Shown piece by piece: positions 50,008 through 64,000 of a stretch of 64,000 nucleotides of DNA. The first letter of the stretch is position 1. Each line of letters opens with the position of its first letter. Where the stretch lies: assembly GCA_964016885.1 (NCBI GenBank), contig OZ024740.1, positions 92,194,001 to 92,258,000 of the forward strand, in the 5' to 3' direction. The notes under the pieces were generated by a model, which did not search any database, was not told the DNA's origin, and saw only the letters and a list, made by a program, of their open reading frames with translations. A program made the translations under genes and the position numbers. The DNA is from Eledone cirrhosa. Its lineage: Eukaryota.

Positions 50008-50845
50008 AGGGATAAACACTGATACGAGTATACATGTGTTCGCATTGCAAATGACTAAGTTAGCTTGAAACATTCACTTAATTGTTGCGAAACAAATTTG
50101 ATATTTAAAATTTAAATTTGTGCAGGTACCATGGCTTTTGCCAATATATGTTTGTTTATATGATTTATTATTTTAAATCGAGACAGGCAAACCGTATTAT
50201 TTTAATTAGTATTTGTCAATCTAGTTAACTTGGTCATTTGCAATGCGAACAGATGTATACTCGTATCGGTGTTTCTCCCTATCATATATTCATTTGTATT
50301 ACACAGCTCAGAAATATTCCTTTCTCTGTGCTATTTAATTGTAAAAGACTATTTGTGTATATAAGTCTATATATAATATTATATGCTCCATACGCAGAGC
50401 TATTTTTAGTCCCATAAAACCGTCTGCTATTTTTAGCGGCACGAGTGTAGGACGTGCGAGACACTGTGACACATGTGCGTTAAAAAACACATTTCTCTCA
50501 GTCTTCTTAAGTATTTTGAAGTGAAACTTACCAATTTCTGGATACCTACAGAAGAGCACAGAAATAGGAAATTTCACTTAATTGTTGCGAAACAAATTTG
50601 AAATTTAAAATTTAAATTTGTCCAGGTATCACGGATTTTGCCAATATAGGTTTGTTTTTATTGATTTATTATTTTAAATCGAGAGAGGCAAACCGTAATA
50701 TTTTAATTAGTATTTTTCAATCTAACTAACTTGGTCATTTGCAATGCGAACACAAGTATACTCGTATCAGTGTTTATCCGTATCATATATTCATTTGTAT
50801 TACACGGCTCAGAAATATTATTTTCTTTGAGCTATTTAATTGTAT
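50001..50845 (+). mobile_element. PLE-type terminal repeats: inverted 70-bp piece plus partial tandem duplication with HHR
   Basis: 50001-50070 inverts 50215-50288; 50073-50343 repeats at 50573-50843; GATACCT-A-CAGAAGA-GCA..TGC-GAAAC..GTC-C-AGGTATC at 50541-50630. Confidence 0.72.
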
Positions 50846-52285
50846 TAGAAGTAAGTCTGAATTACACCAATGGATAAATAGCTCTTCCGTAGTACATTGG
50901 TTTAATAATATTAAAGATAAAATAGTTCTAGATTCACCCAATTTGACATTGTAGATTTCTACCCGTCTTTCACTCAGACTCTTTTAGCGAAAGCCTTAAA
51001 TTTCGCTAGAAAGTTTACCAATATTTCTGATATTGAAGAGAATGTCATCTTGCATGCTAGAAACACTCTACTCTTTACTGATAATAACACTTGGGTAAAA
51101 ATGTCTAACGCAGAGAACCCATTCGATGTCTTTAATGGGTTCTTTTGACAGTGTTGATGTTTGAGATTTAGTCGGCCTATTCCTCCTACACACACTTAAA
51201 GAAAAATTCCCTAACCATATTTTGGGCTTTATCGCGACGATGATCTAATACTTTCCCATACCAACATAGGCCATAACTAAGATAGATTAAGGAAAGACTT
51301 AATAAAAACCTTCGCTAGTTTTAATCTTAAAATTACTATTGGCACTAACCTTTCCAATTTTAATGTTTTAGATATAAACCTAGATCTGCCTACTTCTTCT
51401 TATAAACAGTACCATAAACCTAATGAAAATTTAAAATATATAAAGAAAGGCTCTTGCCATTCTCCTATAGTTTTTAAAAATCTTATCCCTAATATTAGCC
51501 GTAGGATCTCCACCCTCTCTTTCTCAGAAGCTATTTTCCCCCTACTATAATAAAGCCCTTCAAAATAGCGGATTTAGCGAACCGATTAAGTATATACCCA
51601 ACAATACTAACTCTTTTAAACATAATAATAGGAAAAGAAAAATATTCTGGTTCACGCCCCTACTCTCTAGCAGTTAAAACTAATGTAGGCAAAACATTCC
51701 TAGAGCTCTTAGATGTTCAATAGAAACTGTGTCAAAATAATCTACTCCTGCGGTCTCCCTATTAAATCGTATATCATCAATAAGAAATCACCCAGAGAAC
51801 ATCAAAATTGACCCTGTAGAGTCAAAATTGAATGCACATTACAGGGTAAATGCAACAACAAAGCCATTGTATATGCGGCTAAAGTGACAACCATCAGCAA
51901 CAACCTACCAGCCACCACCGAACGATATGTGGGTATGACACAAGACAAATTCAAAACGCGTTATTACTCACATGTCGCATCTTTCCGACATCCAGAAAAA
52001 ATAATCACAACAGCTCTGGCTAGTAGAATATGGGATTTAAAAGACCAAGGTATCCAATATATATTAGATTGGTCAATTTTGAACCAATCTAAAGAATATG
52101 CAAGAGGAACAAGAAGATGCACACTCTGCATAAGTGAACAATATTGGATTTTACAGAACCTTAAATCATTAAAAACCTGCCTAAATACAAAAACAGAAAT
52201 GTTCACCAGTTGCCCACACATGAAATCACACTTGCTTTCCAGCTCATATAAACTTAACTCACATTCAGATACTTATCCTCTATAA
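50835..52285 (+). pseudogene. Naiad-type PLE polyprotein (RT, Cys4 zinc finger, GIY-YIG), frameshifted, with two TGA codons at conserved Cys sites
   Basis: Across frames reads LHQWINSSSVVHWF, FDIVDFYPS, MGSFDSVDV*DLVGLFLL, GLYRDD, RKRKIFWFTP, VKTNVGK, *PCR..CTLQGKC..IVY..YVG..CTLC..CPH. Confidence 0.88.
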
Positions 52286-52871
52286 ACTCTTATTCTTCAC
52301 TCTCCTTAAATTATCCTCTTTACAGAGTTCTCTTTCTGATTTACTTTAATTTTTAACTTTATTTTTAATTTTATTTTTATTTTTACTTCACATCCACCAT
52401 AACCCCCTCCCCTACTTTTCGATTCACTTACCTAATATCTTCACATTCCACATTTTACTTCCCCATTTTCGTTCACTACCTTATATAAGGTCACTTGCGT
52501 TTTCCACCCCAGATATATTCTGTTGTTTCGCAGCCGGTTTTATATTGGTACTCATTTATTCATACGGCTGGTTTATAATTTGTATCTATGCGTGTGAGTG
52601 TGCATATATGTGTATACGTTCTATATATGTATACGAACGCCTCCGTATGATGTGTGCGTGCGTACGTATATATATGTGTGTATGTGTGTTTTTTATATCT
52701 ATGTTTTTTTATATCTATGCTTTTTACATACTTATTTATACGTGTGTGTGTATGCGGGTGAATGTATGTGTATGTATATGTGTGTATATGTATACGTATG
52801 TATGGGTGTGTATGTATATATGTATATATATTTATAGTCGGGTATGAACGTGTGATTAGATATACATGTGG

Positions 52872-52925
<54 letters not shown>

Positions 52926-53206
52926 GCGCCTCGTGTGTATGTATGCATGCATGCGCTTTTGTCTGTACGTATTTTCATGTATAAATATGTATATATATAT
53001 ATGTGTGTGTGTACGTGCGCACCTATGTTTGTTTTCGTTTTTCTAGTGTTAATTGATTACTTTCTCTTTGATTTAAAAAATGTTTTCATTCTCATATAGT
53101 GTTTCATTTGTATACATATATGGAGAATGAAACTTCTTTTTACTATTACACTCCCTTACTTCTTTATCTTCCGCATATAAGTGACCGCGTGTGTGTGTGT
53201 GTTTAT

Positions 53207-53340
53207 AGAAATTGTAAGATAATATAGTTAACACGGATCCAGATACAGGTATTGAATACACATACGCGTGCTTTCATACTCGTATGTGTATTCAATACCT
53301 GTATCTGGATCCGTGTTAACTATATTATCTTACAATTTCT
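53207..53340. repeat. Perfect inverted repeat, 60-bp arms, 14-nt spacer
   Basis: 53207-53266 is the exact reverse complement of 53281-53340. Confidence 0.97.
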
Positions 53341-53615
53341 TTTTCAACTGATATTATATACGTATATGTGGTCACATATACACAAATATACTTGCCCTCA
53401 TATATGTACTTACGCATACATTTTAACCATACACATGCATTTGTACATACACATATATGTACGTTTGTGAGTTTATATACATACATATACACATACCCTA
53501 ACTATATTTACTTATTGTTTTATATATGTCTTGCACTACTTTTATTTATATAGTGTTTGTCCGTTAAACTCTTGCCTTTCTTGAGGAGAATTTTCAAATA
53601 TTTCACTATGTTTTA

Positions 53616-53693
53616 AATTGCCTTGTCCGATGAACGAATGAGGACGTGTTTCGTATTCGTCTGATTCGGGAAACCTCTGGTAATGTGGTAATT
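53616..53693 (+). ncRNA. Hammerhead-like motif (CCGATGA core) with tandem-GA motif in stem II
   Basis: AATTGCC-TTGT-CCGATGA-A-CGAATGAG..TGATTCG-G-GAAAC-CTCTG-GTA-ATGT-GGTAATT. Confidence 0.6.
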
Positions 53694-53794
53694 ATATTGT
53701 ATTGTTTATTATACATTAAATTTTGCTTTAGTATTACATAGAGCACTCTTCACTCATATGACTTTTTCAATTTTCAACGGAAACATTAATACTT

Positions 53795-53878
<84 letters not shown>

Positions 53879-54083
53879 AGATCAAAGGATGGTTAAAGGA
53901 GTTCCATGTATTTTATTATGCGCATTTCAAAAACAAACATCATCATGCAATAATATTTGTATTTTCATCAGATAAAATAGGAGGACATGATATGAAGGCT
54001 AAAAAACACTTGTGGATAGTGCAGTTTTAAATCAATATATCTGCATTGTTTTATTGTACTACAATAAAACTCACCTCCTACAT

Positions 54084-54123
<40 letters not shown>

Positions 54124-54501
54124 GTTATGTAATAAACAACATAGGGCAATTATTTCATTTTCCAGTGATTTCTTAAAAGCAAAAAAAAATTGCTTTCAAT
54201 CATCAGAATGTAAAAAAATTGTGGTGTATTTATTGACGTTGGATTTTAAAAACAAAAATTCAATCTATATGAAAGTGAGGCTGGAAAAGCAAGAAGGAAA
54301 GGAAAAATAAAATAAAAACACAGATGCAAACGCACACACACACAATTATATACATACATATATATATATATATACATACACATGTACATACACACACATA
54401 CACACATATATATATGTGTATATATATACATACACATACACATACATACATACACACCATAAATATCAACATATCCATACATACACATACATATATACAA
54501 C

Positions 54502-54560
<59 letters not shown>

Positions 54561-55358
54561 GTTATTCCGGGTTGAATCGGAGGTAACCACAGTAAGTAAG
54601 GTACTCAATACATAGCAAAGTATAACAGTTTTAATATAGAAGAGATTCTACAGGACTAGAACTGTTTCATTCATTAGAAATCATCAGGAATCTGGGTATC
54701 AAAAAATAAATATGGTATTTATAGGTCTCTACAAGTGGTAGGAGAGGGTGGGGAGTGGGATGGGTGCAGGTCATTGGTTGATAGAAAAGGGAATTCATTA
54801 AAAGCTAATTCTACAAAGCTATAGTTTATTTTTATTTTTATTTATATTTATTTATGTTTTTAGAGTAACAAAGGCAGACAGAATTCTATAAACAGGTCCC
54901 GGATGGCATACCATTCCTTGTCAATAGGTTTCTCTTAAGCTAACAGATGTCTATAAAGTCAGTGGGGGGTCAGTCATGGTCGATAGAATTAAAGAAAAGG
55001 GAGATTCTTTAAAAGCTAAAGTCATTAAGGTTCTACTAAGTGACAAATGTCTAGAGAATTCTGCAGACAGATTCAAAATACTGAGTGCATATCTTACTAT
55101 TATCTTCGAACTTCTCTTAAACTAATCAACTATATGCCAAAAATCAACAGACACATTCACAAAAAAAAACACATACTCACTCACACACTTACGCGCAACC
55201 ATAAACACACACACAAACACATATACACACATAAAAACACACACACATATATATAAAAAATATATAAATATATATAAATATAAATATATATTCATGTACA
55301 CACACATACATACACACATACATACATACATACATATACAATACATATACACATATAC

Positions 55359-55409
<51 letters not shown>

Positions 55410-55450
55410 CATACACTTATACATATACACAGATACACACACACACACAC

Positions 55451-55495
<45 letters not shown>

Positions 55496-55654
55496 GATAC
55501 ACACACACATACACATACATACACGCACACATACATATATACACAAATAAATACACTCACACGCGTACATACAAACACGAGAATACATATGTATAAATAT
55601 TTATACACACACACACACACACACACATATATACATATATATACATACACACAT

Positions 55655-55707
<53 letters not shown>

Positions 55708-55920
55708 TATTTATATATATATATACATAAATATATATATATATATATATATATCCATACATATACAAACATACACATACATACACAGACCTATACATAA
55801 AAATACAAATATATATACAGACATATAACGCGTATATACACACACATATATACATATACATATATATATATACATATATATATACATATACATACATATA
55901 TATATATATAAAAAAAAACT

Positions 55921-56259
55921 TACATCAGCATGACCTCCAACAACTTTAAGACCCGTTGGTATGCCCATACCCACTCCTTCAGAAGACCGGATAAATCAAA
56001 TCAAACAACACTCGCCTCCTACGTTTGGGACCTCAAAAGGAACTCCACCCCCTTCACGCTTAATTGGAAAATACTCCAGAAAGCGCGCTCTTACAACGGA
56101 GGACACAAGGGCTGCGACCTTTGTATTTCAGAGAGCTACGAAATTTTATTCGCCAAGGGCCCGCTACTGAACAAACTCTCTGAACACTGCCCGAACTGCA
56201 TGCACAAGAACTTTGCAACATTCAAACACTTTAAGCCAGTGTTAAAGCCCGATGGCTAA
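55921..56259 (+). pseudogene. Naiad-type GIY-YIG endonuclease C-terminal fragment
   Basis: [49 protein letters not shown]; homologous to 51884-52285. Confidence 0.85.
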
Positions 56260-56477
56260 AAACGACCTCCCCCTATTGGCTCCTATACCTCCTCCCCACC
56301 ATACCCCCACCCCTCCTCAACCTGAAACACGGCCACTATGGTTATGTGAGTACCTCTTTCGTATCTACATTTTCTGCCTGTAGAGGTGTCTTTATGTGCC
56401 TGCGTATATGCGTATATTTATTGAGTACCTATTTACTTGTATGTGTATATATTTGTTTGTATATGTGTATATGTGTA

Positions 56478-56576
<99 letters not shown>

Positions 56577-56640
56577 TTGTGTGTATATGTGTTTTATGTG
56601 TGTATATTTATGTATGTATATGTATGTATATGTTTGTGTA

Positions 56641-56694
<54 letters not shown>

Positions 56695-56828
56695 TATGTA
56701 TATATGTGTATATATATATGTGTTTGTATGTATGTATGTATGTATGTTTATGTATATGTATGTGTATGTGTGTATATGTATGTGTGTGTATATGTGTATA
56801 TATATGTGTATATGTATGTGTGTGTGTA

Positions 56829-56957
<129 letters not shown>

Positions 56958-57026
56958 ATATTTGTATGTATATATGTATATATGTGTGTATGTGTGTGTG
57001 TGTATATGTATGTATATGTATGTGTG

Positions 57027-57057
<31 letters not shown>

Positions 57058-57246
57058 GTGTATGTGTGTATGTATATATATATATATGTGTATATGTATG
57101 TATGTGTACGTGTGTATGTATGTGTGTGTATATATGTATATATGTATGTATATATATATATATGTATATATATGTGTGTGTGTGTATGTGTGTATATATG
57201 TGTGTATATATATGTGTATTTGTATGTGTGTATGTATGTATATATG

Positions 57247-57277
<31 letters not shown>

Positions 57278-57395
57278 ATGTGTATATATATATGTATGTG
57301 TATGTATGTGTGTGTGTATATATTTATATATATGTGCGTGAGAGAGAGAGTGTGTATATATATTTTGTGTGTGGGTGTGTGTATGTTTGTGTGTA

Positions 57396-57460
<65 letters not shown>

Positions 57461-57644
57461 GTATGTATATGTGTATATATATATGTATATATATATATGT
57501 ATATGTATATATGTGTGTGTATATACGCGTTATATGTCTGTATATATATTTGTATTTTTATGTATAGGTCTGTGTATGTATGTGTATGTTTGTATATGTA
57601 TGGATATATATATATATATATATGTATGTATATATATATATATA

Positions 57645-57709
<65 letters not shown>

Positions 57710-57874
57710 ATGTGTGTATGTATGTATGTATATATATGTATATATGTGTGTGTGTGTGTGTGTGTATAAATATTTATACATATGTATACTCGTGTTTGTA
57801 TGTACGCGTGTGAGTGTATTTATTTGTGTATATATGTATGTGTGTGTATATGTATGTGTATGTGTGTGTGTATC

Positions 57875-57921
<47 letters not shown>

Positions 57922-57948
57922 ATCTGTGTATATGTATATGTGTATGTG

Positions 57949-57991
<43 letters not shown>

Positions 57992-58702
57992 ATATATATG
58001 TATATGTGTATATGTATTGTATATGTATGTATGTATGTATGTGTGTATGTATGTGTGTGTACATGAATATATATTTATATTTATATATATTTATATTTAT
58101 ATATATTTATATATTTTTTATATATATGTGTGTGTGTTTTTATGCGTGTATATGTGTTTGTGTGTGTGTTTATGGATGCCCGTAAGTGTGTGAGTGAGTA
58201 TGTGTTTTTTTGTTTTTTTGTTTTTTTGTTTTTTTGTGAATGTGTCTGTTGATTTTTGGCATATAGTTGATTAGTTTAAGAGAAGTTCGAAGATAATAGT
58301 AAGATATGCACTCAGTATTTTGAATCTGTCTGCAGAATTCTCTAGACCTTTGTCACTTAGTAGAACCTTAATGACTTTAGCTTTTAAAGAATCTCCCTTT
58401 TCTTTAATTCTATCGACCATGACTGACCCCCCACTGACTTTATAGACATCTGTTAGCTTAAGAGAAACTTATTGACAAGGAATGGTATGCCATCCGGAAC
58501 CTGTTTATAGAATTCTGTCTGCCTTTGTTACTCTAAAAACATAAATAAATATAAATAAAAATAAAAATAAACTATAGCTTTGTAGAATTAGCTTTTAATG
58601 AATTCCCTTTTCTATCAACCAATGACCTGCACCCATCCCACTCCCCACCCTCTCCTACCACTTGTAGAGACCTATAAATACCATATTTATTTTTTGATAC
58701 CC

Positions 58703-58753
58703 AGATTCCTGATGATTCCTAATGAATGAAACAGTTCTAGTCCTGTAGAATCT
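58703..58753 (+). ncRNA. Type-I hammerhead ribozyme
   Basis: AGATTC-CTGATGA-TTC-CTAAT-GAA-T-GAAACAG-TTCTAGTC-CTGTA-GAATCT: perfect 6-bp stem I and 4-bp stem III; copies at 54643-54693 and 63758-63808 on -. Confidence 0.78.
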
Positions 58754-58765
58754 CTTCTATATTAA

Positions 58766-58841
<76 letters not shown>

Positions 58842-58849
<8 letters not shown>

Positions 58850-61240
58850 ATACTTTGGGAGGGTCATGTTGCCAATAAGAAACACACGCACCAGTTGCTT
58901 TCACTTCAATTTATTATATATTTATAAATTTATAAATTTACAAATCTACAAACCTATACATTTCTGGTTGGTTGGTTGGTTCCACAACCAGATAGTTGTT
59001 TATATATAGTCATAGTCCTTTCGTCACACACTCTGTGACCTCTTCAGTGACTGGGGATTCCTTTCTTTGTTTCTGTGCCTTTCCTTTCTTCTATCCTACG
59101 CCATTTTGTTTCTGTGTGTGTGTTGTGTGCTCAGTTTGCGCATGCGCCACATCCGGGTGTCTGTGTGTGTTTGTGTTCATTTATCTATTTGTTTATTTAT
59201 TTATTTATTTATTGTTGGTTGGTTGTATGTTCTATGTGTGTGTGTGTTTTCATTTTGTCCTTAATTGTAAGTTGTGATGTTGCTGTTCCACTCATATTTT
59301 CTATTTAATTTTGGTTGTAATTCTTTTATGCTTACTGCCTCTGTAATTTGCCTAAACATTGCATCTTTTCTGTGTGTGGATTCTATTTTTATTTCTATGT
59401 TCTCAAATCTACCCCTGTGTTCTATCTTAGCATGTTGGTGGAGCACAGATGATTCTTTATTATCTTGAAGGTCTCGCCAGTGTTCATTTATTCGTTCCCC
59501 TATACTACGAGCTGTCTCACCTATGTACACTATATTTTTGTTTCTACATTGACCTTCAGTACATCTTATGCTATACACTACATTTCTAGTTTTACAGTTA
59601 ATATGGGGGCTTATTTTACAGGTTATACATTTCTAATCTATACATCTTTATTTTATAAACATCGTAGTTAAGTCACCCTCACTAAAGAACAGTCAGGAAC
59701 TAGAGAAAAACACAATGGAAAGCATCCAGCAAATAGAAAACTCCATCCACCAGAGCACTAGAGTTACTATAGACTACCCAAGTAGACACGCCAACCATTG
59801 ATTACCTGTACTAGACACAGAGCTCTGGTTAGATACCATTAACAACCAAAAACAAATCCTCCATTCCCATTATGCCAAACCCATGACTTCCAAACATCTG
59901 CTCCACCGAAACTCGGCCATTTCGGACCATACCAAAATCAACATACTGATTGCGGATTTGGTACGGGTGATGAGAAATGTGTCCCGCATGTGCAACCCCG
60001 AAGAACTAGAGAGACACATACAACACTTCATCCACCGTATGCAGTTCTCTGGCTACAATCAGAGAGATAGAATCAGAGTGTATAGAGGAGCCAGAACCAA
60101 ATGGGAAAAAATGGTAAATAATGACATAAATGGGACCTGCCCCTTGTATAGGAGCACATTTTGGAATAGAATAGAAAGAACTAGGAACAAGGCCAATAGA
60201 ATAAACTCATGGTATGATAGCAATAAATACCAGAGTGTAATGTTCATCAATACAACCCCTAGAGGCGAACTAGCCTACAAGTTTAGAAGGGCCCTAAATA
60301 AACATAAACTCAATATTAAGATAGTAGAAAGACCAGGTACCTCCGTAAAAACACTTATTAGCAAGACATACCCGTTCCAAAGACTCTCATTTATAGATAA
60401 GGAATGTATAACCTGTAAAATAAGCCCCCATATTAACTGTAAAACTAGAAATGTAGTGTATAGCATAAGATGTACTGAAGGACAATGTAGAAACAAAAAT
60501 ATAGTGTACATAGGTGAGACAGCTCGTAGTAAGGGGAACGAATAAATGAACACTGGCGAGACCTTCAAGATAATGAAGAATCATCTGTGCTCTACCAACA
60601 TGTTAAGATAGAACACAGGGGTAGATTTGAGAACATAGAAATAAAAATAGAATCCACACACAGAAAAGATGCAATGTTTAGGCAAATTACAGAGGCAGTA
60701 AGCATAAAAGAATTACAACCAAAATTAAATAGAAAATATGAGTGGAACAGCAACATCACAACTTACAATTAAGGAAAAAATGAAAACACACACACACATA
60801 GAACAAACAACCAACCTACAATAAATAAATAAATAAATAAACAAATAGATAAATGAACACAAACACACACAGACACCCGGATGTGGCGCATGCGCAAACT
60901 GAGCACACAACACACACACAGAAACAAAATGGCGTAGGATAGAAGAAAGGAAAGGCACAGAAACAAAGAAAGGAATCCCCAGTCACTGAAGAGGTCACAG
61001 AGTGTGTGACGAAAGGACTATGACTATATATAAACAACTATCTGGTTGTGGAACCAACCAACCGACCAGAAATGTATAGGTTTGTAGATTTGTAAATTTA
61101 TAAATATATAATAAATTGAAGTGAAAGCAACTGGTGCGTGTGTTTCTTATTGGCAACATGACCCTCCCAAAGTATAACAATATCGGTTTCAACACACGAT
61201 TTCAGATAAAGAATCTTGCTAAACAAATTCAGAAACGAAA
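58842..61240 (+). mobile_element. PLE family X: RT C-terminus, GIY-YIG and pseudo-LTR, with upstream inverted 3' copy (58842-59645)
   Basis: ORFs 59883-60545 and 60587-60772 (NVVYSIRC..VYIGETAR..RQITEA..LN); 58842-59645 inverts 60395-61183. Confidence 0.9.
60981..61025 (+). ncRNA. Minimal type-I hammerhead ribozyme
   Basis: AGTCA-CTGAAGA-G-GTCACA-GAGTG-TGTGAC-GAAAG-GA-CTA-TGACT; copies at 59008-59052 (-) and about 47312-47356 (+). Confidence 0.75.
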
Positions 61241-61410
61241 TATATATATATATATATATACATACACATACATATACATGCACATATACATACACATATA
61301 TACATACACACAATCATACGTATATACACACGTACATACATAAACATACATACACACATACATACGCATGCACAAAAATAGAAATATATATACACACCTT
61401 ATATACACAC

Positions 61411-62375
61411 CGCTAGAGGGTTCTCCCTAAAAATGAAAGGCAGGTTATACGATGCCTGCATACGAACAGCAATGCTGCATGGCAGTGAGACCTGGGCATT
61501 GTGTGCAGAGGATATACGCAGACTAGAGAGGAACGAAGCTTGCATGCTCCGCTGGATGTGCAATAGTAATATACGTGAACGGCAAAGCATAAACGAACTA
61601 AGGAAAAATTTAGAAATAAGAGGGATCAGATGTTGTTTACTCGAGAGAGGGCTACGTTGGTACGGTCACGTGATGCGCGTGAAAGACGACAGCTGTATAA
61701 CAAAGTGCAGGGCAATAAAGATAGACGGTAGCCACGGAGTAGGCAGACCCAGAAAAACATGGGACGAGCTGATAAATTCCGACCTCACACGCTTACACCT
61801 CTCCAAGACAATGTCACTGGACCGAGACCTTTGGCGGTACTCAGTAATAGAGAAGACCCGCCTTACCTAAATACAAAGTAAAAACCTACTACAGTCAGTA
61901 GGCATCTCTATCAAAACACCCCCCCGTCCCACCACCTCCACCCAATCCACACCGCCCCTTTCAATGTACAGTTATGTTGGTCCCACAACATCCAGGCCGA
62001 AACAAATGAGATCGTGTAGGTGTCACGACAAAAAACACACAGTCCACGCTGTAAATGTGGCCGTGTAGGCAACACGGTAAAAACCTCCCAGCCCCACACT
62101 GTAAATGTGGTTGGTGTTAGGAAGGGCATCCAGCTGTAGAAAACCCGCCAGACAGTCCACGCTGTAATGTGGACGTGTAGGCAACACGGTAAAAACCTCC
62201 CAGCCCCACACTGTAAATGTGGTTGGTGTTAGGAAGGGCATCCAACTGTAGAAAACCCGCCAGACAGTCCTATGCGAGCGAGACAACCACTCTTGCCTCA
62301 AGTGGGAAAACCCCCGTCCAAACCCATGCAAGCGTGGAACACGGACGCTAAACCTGATGATGATGATGATGATGA
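61411..62375 (+). mobile_element. RTE-clade LINE 3' end with tandem duplication (about 112 bp) in the 3' UTR and (TGA)n tail
   Basis: ORF 61433-61870: KGRLYDACIRTAMLHGSETW..LRWYGHVMR..GRPRKTW..DRDLWR; repeat units start near 62039 and 62152; tail at 62355-62375. Confidence 0.88.
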
Positions 62376-62785
62376 CCTCTACATACTCACACACACAAAT
62401 AAATATAAGAAAAAATATCTAATAATAAAAAATAAAAATGAATATAAAGACTATTATAATGTTGACAGCGATACAGGCAACAGATAAATGAACAAACACA
62501 CGTGGTAAGCAATACACACAAATGCACGTACACATACATACGAAAAATAAATACATACACACACTCTCATAGATAAATATACATATACAAATACATAAAA
62601 ACATACATACGCATACACAATTACATACACACACATATACATATATACACACACATACATATATATATATACATATATATACACACATACATACAAATAC
62701 AAACACACACATATGTATGTGTGTAAAACTCATTCTTAGATAATTCATATGAACCTTATTTCACACTAATATATATATATATATA

Positions 62786-62861
<76 letters not shown>

Positions 62862-63439
62862 CATACACATACATACACATACATATATACTCACATACAC
62901 ATATATACCTACATACACATATATACATACACATACGTATGCATACGTACATACACACACACACACACACATACACATATATAACTAAATATATATATAT
63001 ATATGAGAAAGAAGATAAATATATATATATATATAAACAATAAGAATTGTAATATAAAAAAATATAAAAAAAGATATATTTAGAAAAGGGTATAAGTGCT
63101 TATAGCAGATTTAGGGCACTCAATAAATTCCTGGAGCAAAAGATCAATGAAAATAATCATTAACTCACTATATGTAATGATGCATATACATACACCCATA
63201 TACACATATACATATACACATATATATACACATACATATACATACACACACACACATACACACACACAAACACACAAACACACAATAACACAACCACAGA
63301 AATGCACAGGCACATACAATTACGTATATATATATATATATACACACACACATAGAGGAAGAAGTCTGACCCCACGTCAGAGCTCAAGCCGTATCTGAGG
63401 CTATTATATATATATACACACATACATACATACACATAT

Positions 63440-63470
<31 letters not shown>

Positions 63471-63612
63471 CATATATATACACATATATACACACATACA
63501 TACATACATATAAATATATACACACACGCGCACAAATACAACATAAATATACGATATATACGATTATATATACATATACATATACATATACACACACATA
63601 TACATTCATATA

Positions 63613-63675
<63 letters not shown>

Positions 63676-64000
63676 GTTATTCCGGGTTGAATCGGAGGTA
63701 ACCACAGTAAGTAAGGTACTCAATACATAGCAGAGTATAACAGTTTTAATATAGATGAGATTCTACAGGACTAGAAATGTTTCATTCATTTGAAATCATC
63801 AGGAATCTGGGTATCAAAAAATAAATATGGTATTTATAGGTCTCTACAAGTGGTAGGAGAGGGTGGGGAGTGGGATGGGTGCAGGTCATTGGTTGATAGA
63901 AAAGGGAATTCATTAAAAGCTAATTCTACAAAGCTATAGTTTATTTTTATTTTTATTTTTATTTATTTATGTTTTTAGAGTAACAAGGGCAGACAGAATT
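63676..64000 (-). mobile_element. Pseudo-LTR of the second Naiad family, running off the window
   Basis: Near-identical to 54560-54885. Confidence 0.9.

Larger units (their letters stand above)
52286..53790 (+). mobile_element. Probable 3' UTR/pseudo-LTR of the Naiad element, containing microsatellites, a perfect hairpin and an HHR
   Basis: Contiguous with the ORF; ends at (TA)n shortly after the HHR motif; linkage to the ORF is inferred. Confidence 0.55.

Noticed and set aside
56346-56395. GTGA-led hairpin after the second Naiad ORF as a SECIS, or GTGAGT...TGTAG as an intron
   Set aside because: There is no 3' GA partner or apical AA for a SECIS, and 38 nt is too short for a credible intron.

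Overview
This is AT-rich, microsatellite-saturated animal DNA, probably cephalopod or Octopus-like (an inference from repeat content only), and I recognise no host gene in it. The window has three zones. (1) 1-9.2 kb: (TA)n/(CA)n tracts, Penelope-like element (PLE) terminal fragments with hammerhead-ribozyme (HHR) motifs, a Helitron remnant, and old CRE and Tx1 RT fossils. (2) 9.25-43 kb: one (TTA)n microsatellite expanded to about 34 kb by about 14 non-LTR retrotransposon insertions with strict polarity. All Tx1/L1-clade (APE-RT) copies are on +, and all copies of two R4/Dong-clade (RT-RLE) families are on -. (3) 43-64 kb: PLEs in (TA)n tracts with inverted pseudo-LTRs and many HHRs, plus an RTE 3' end. 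The best leads are: a decayed Naiad-type PLE whose two TGA codons both fall on conserved Cys positions (candidate selenoprotein retroelement), with a SECIS-like tandem-GA core inside its hammerhead stem II; a putative 51-52 nt intron that would fuse Tx1 ORF1 to ORF2 in frame; and an R4 element with an L1/Tx1-like 5' leader. Most short ORFs in the track are microsatellite or antisense artefacts. Family assignments come from motif recognition by eye, and boundaries are approximate.
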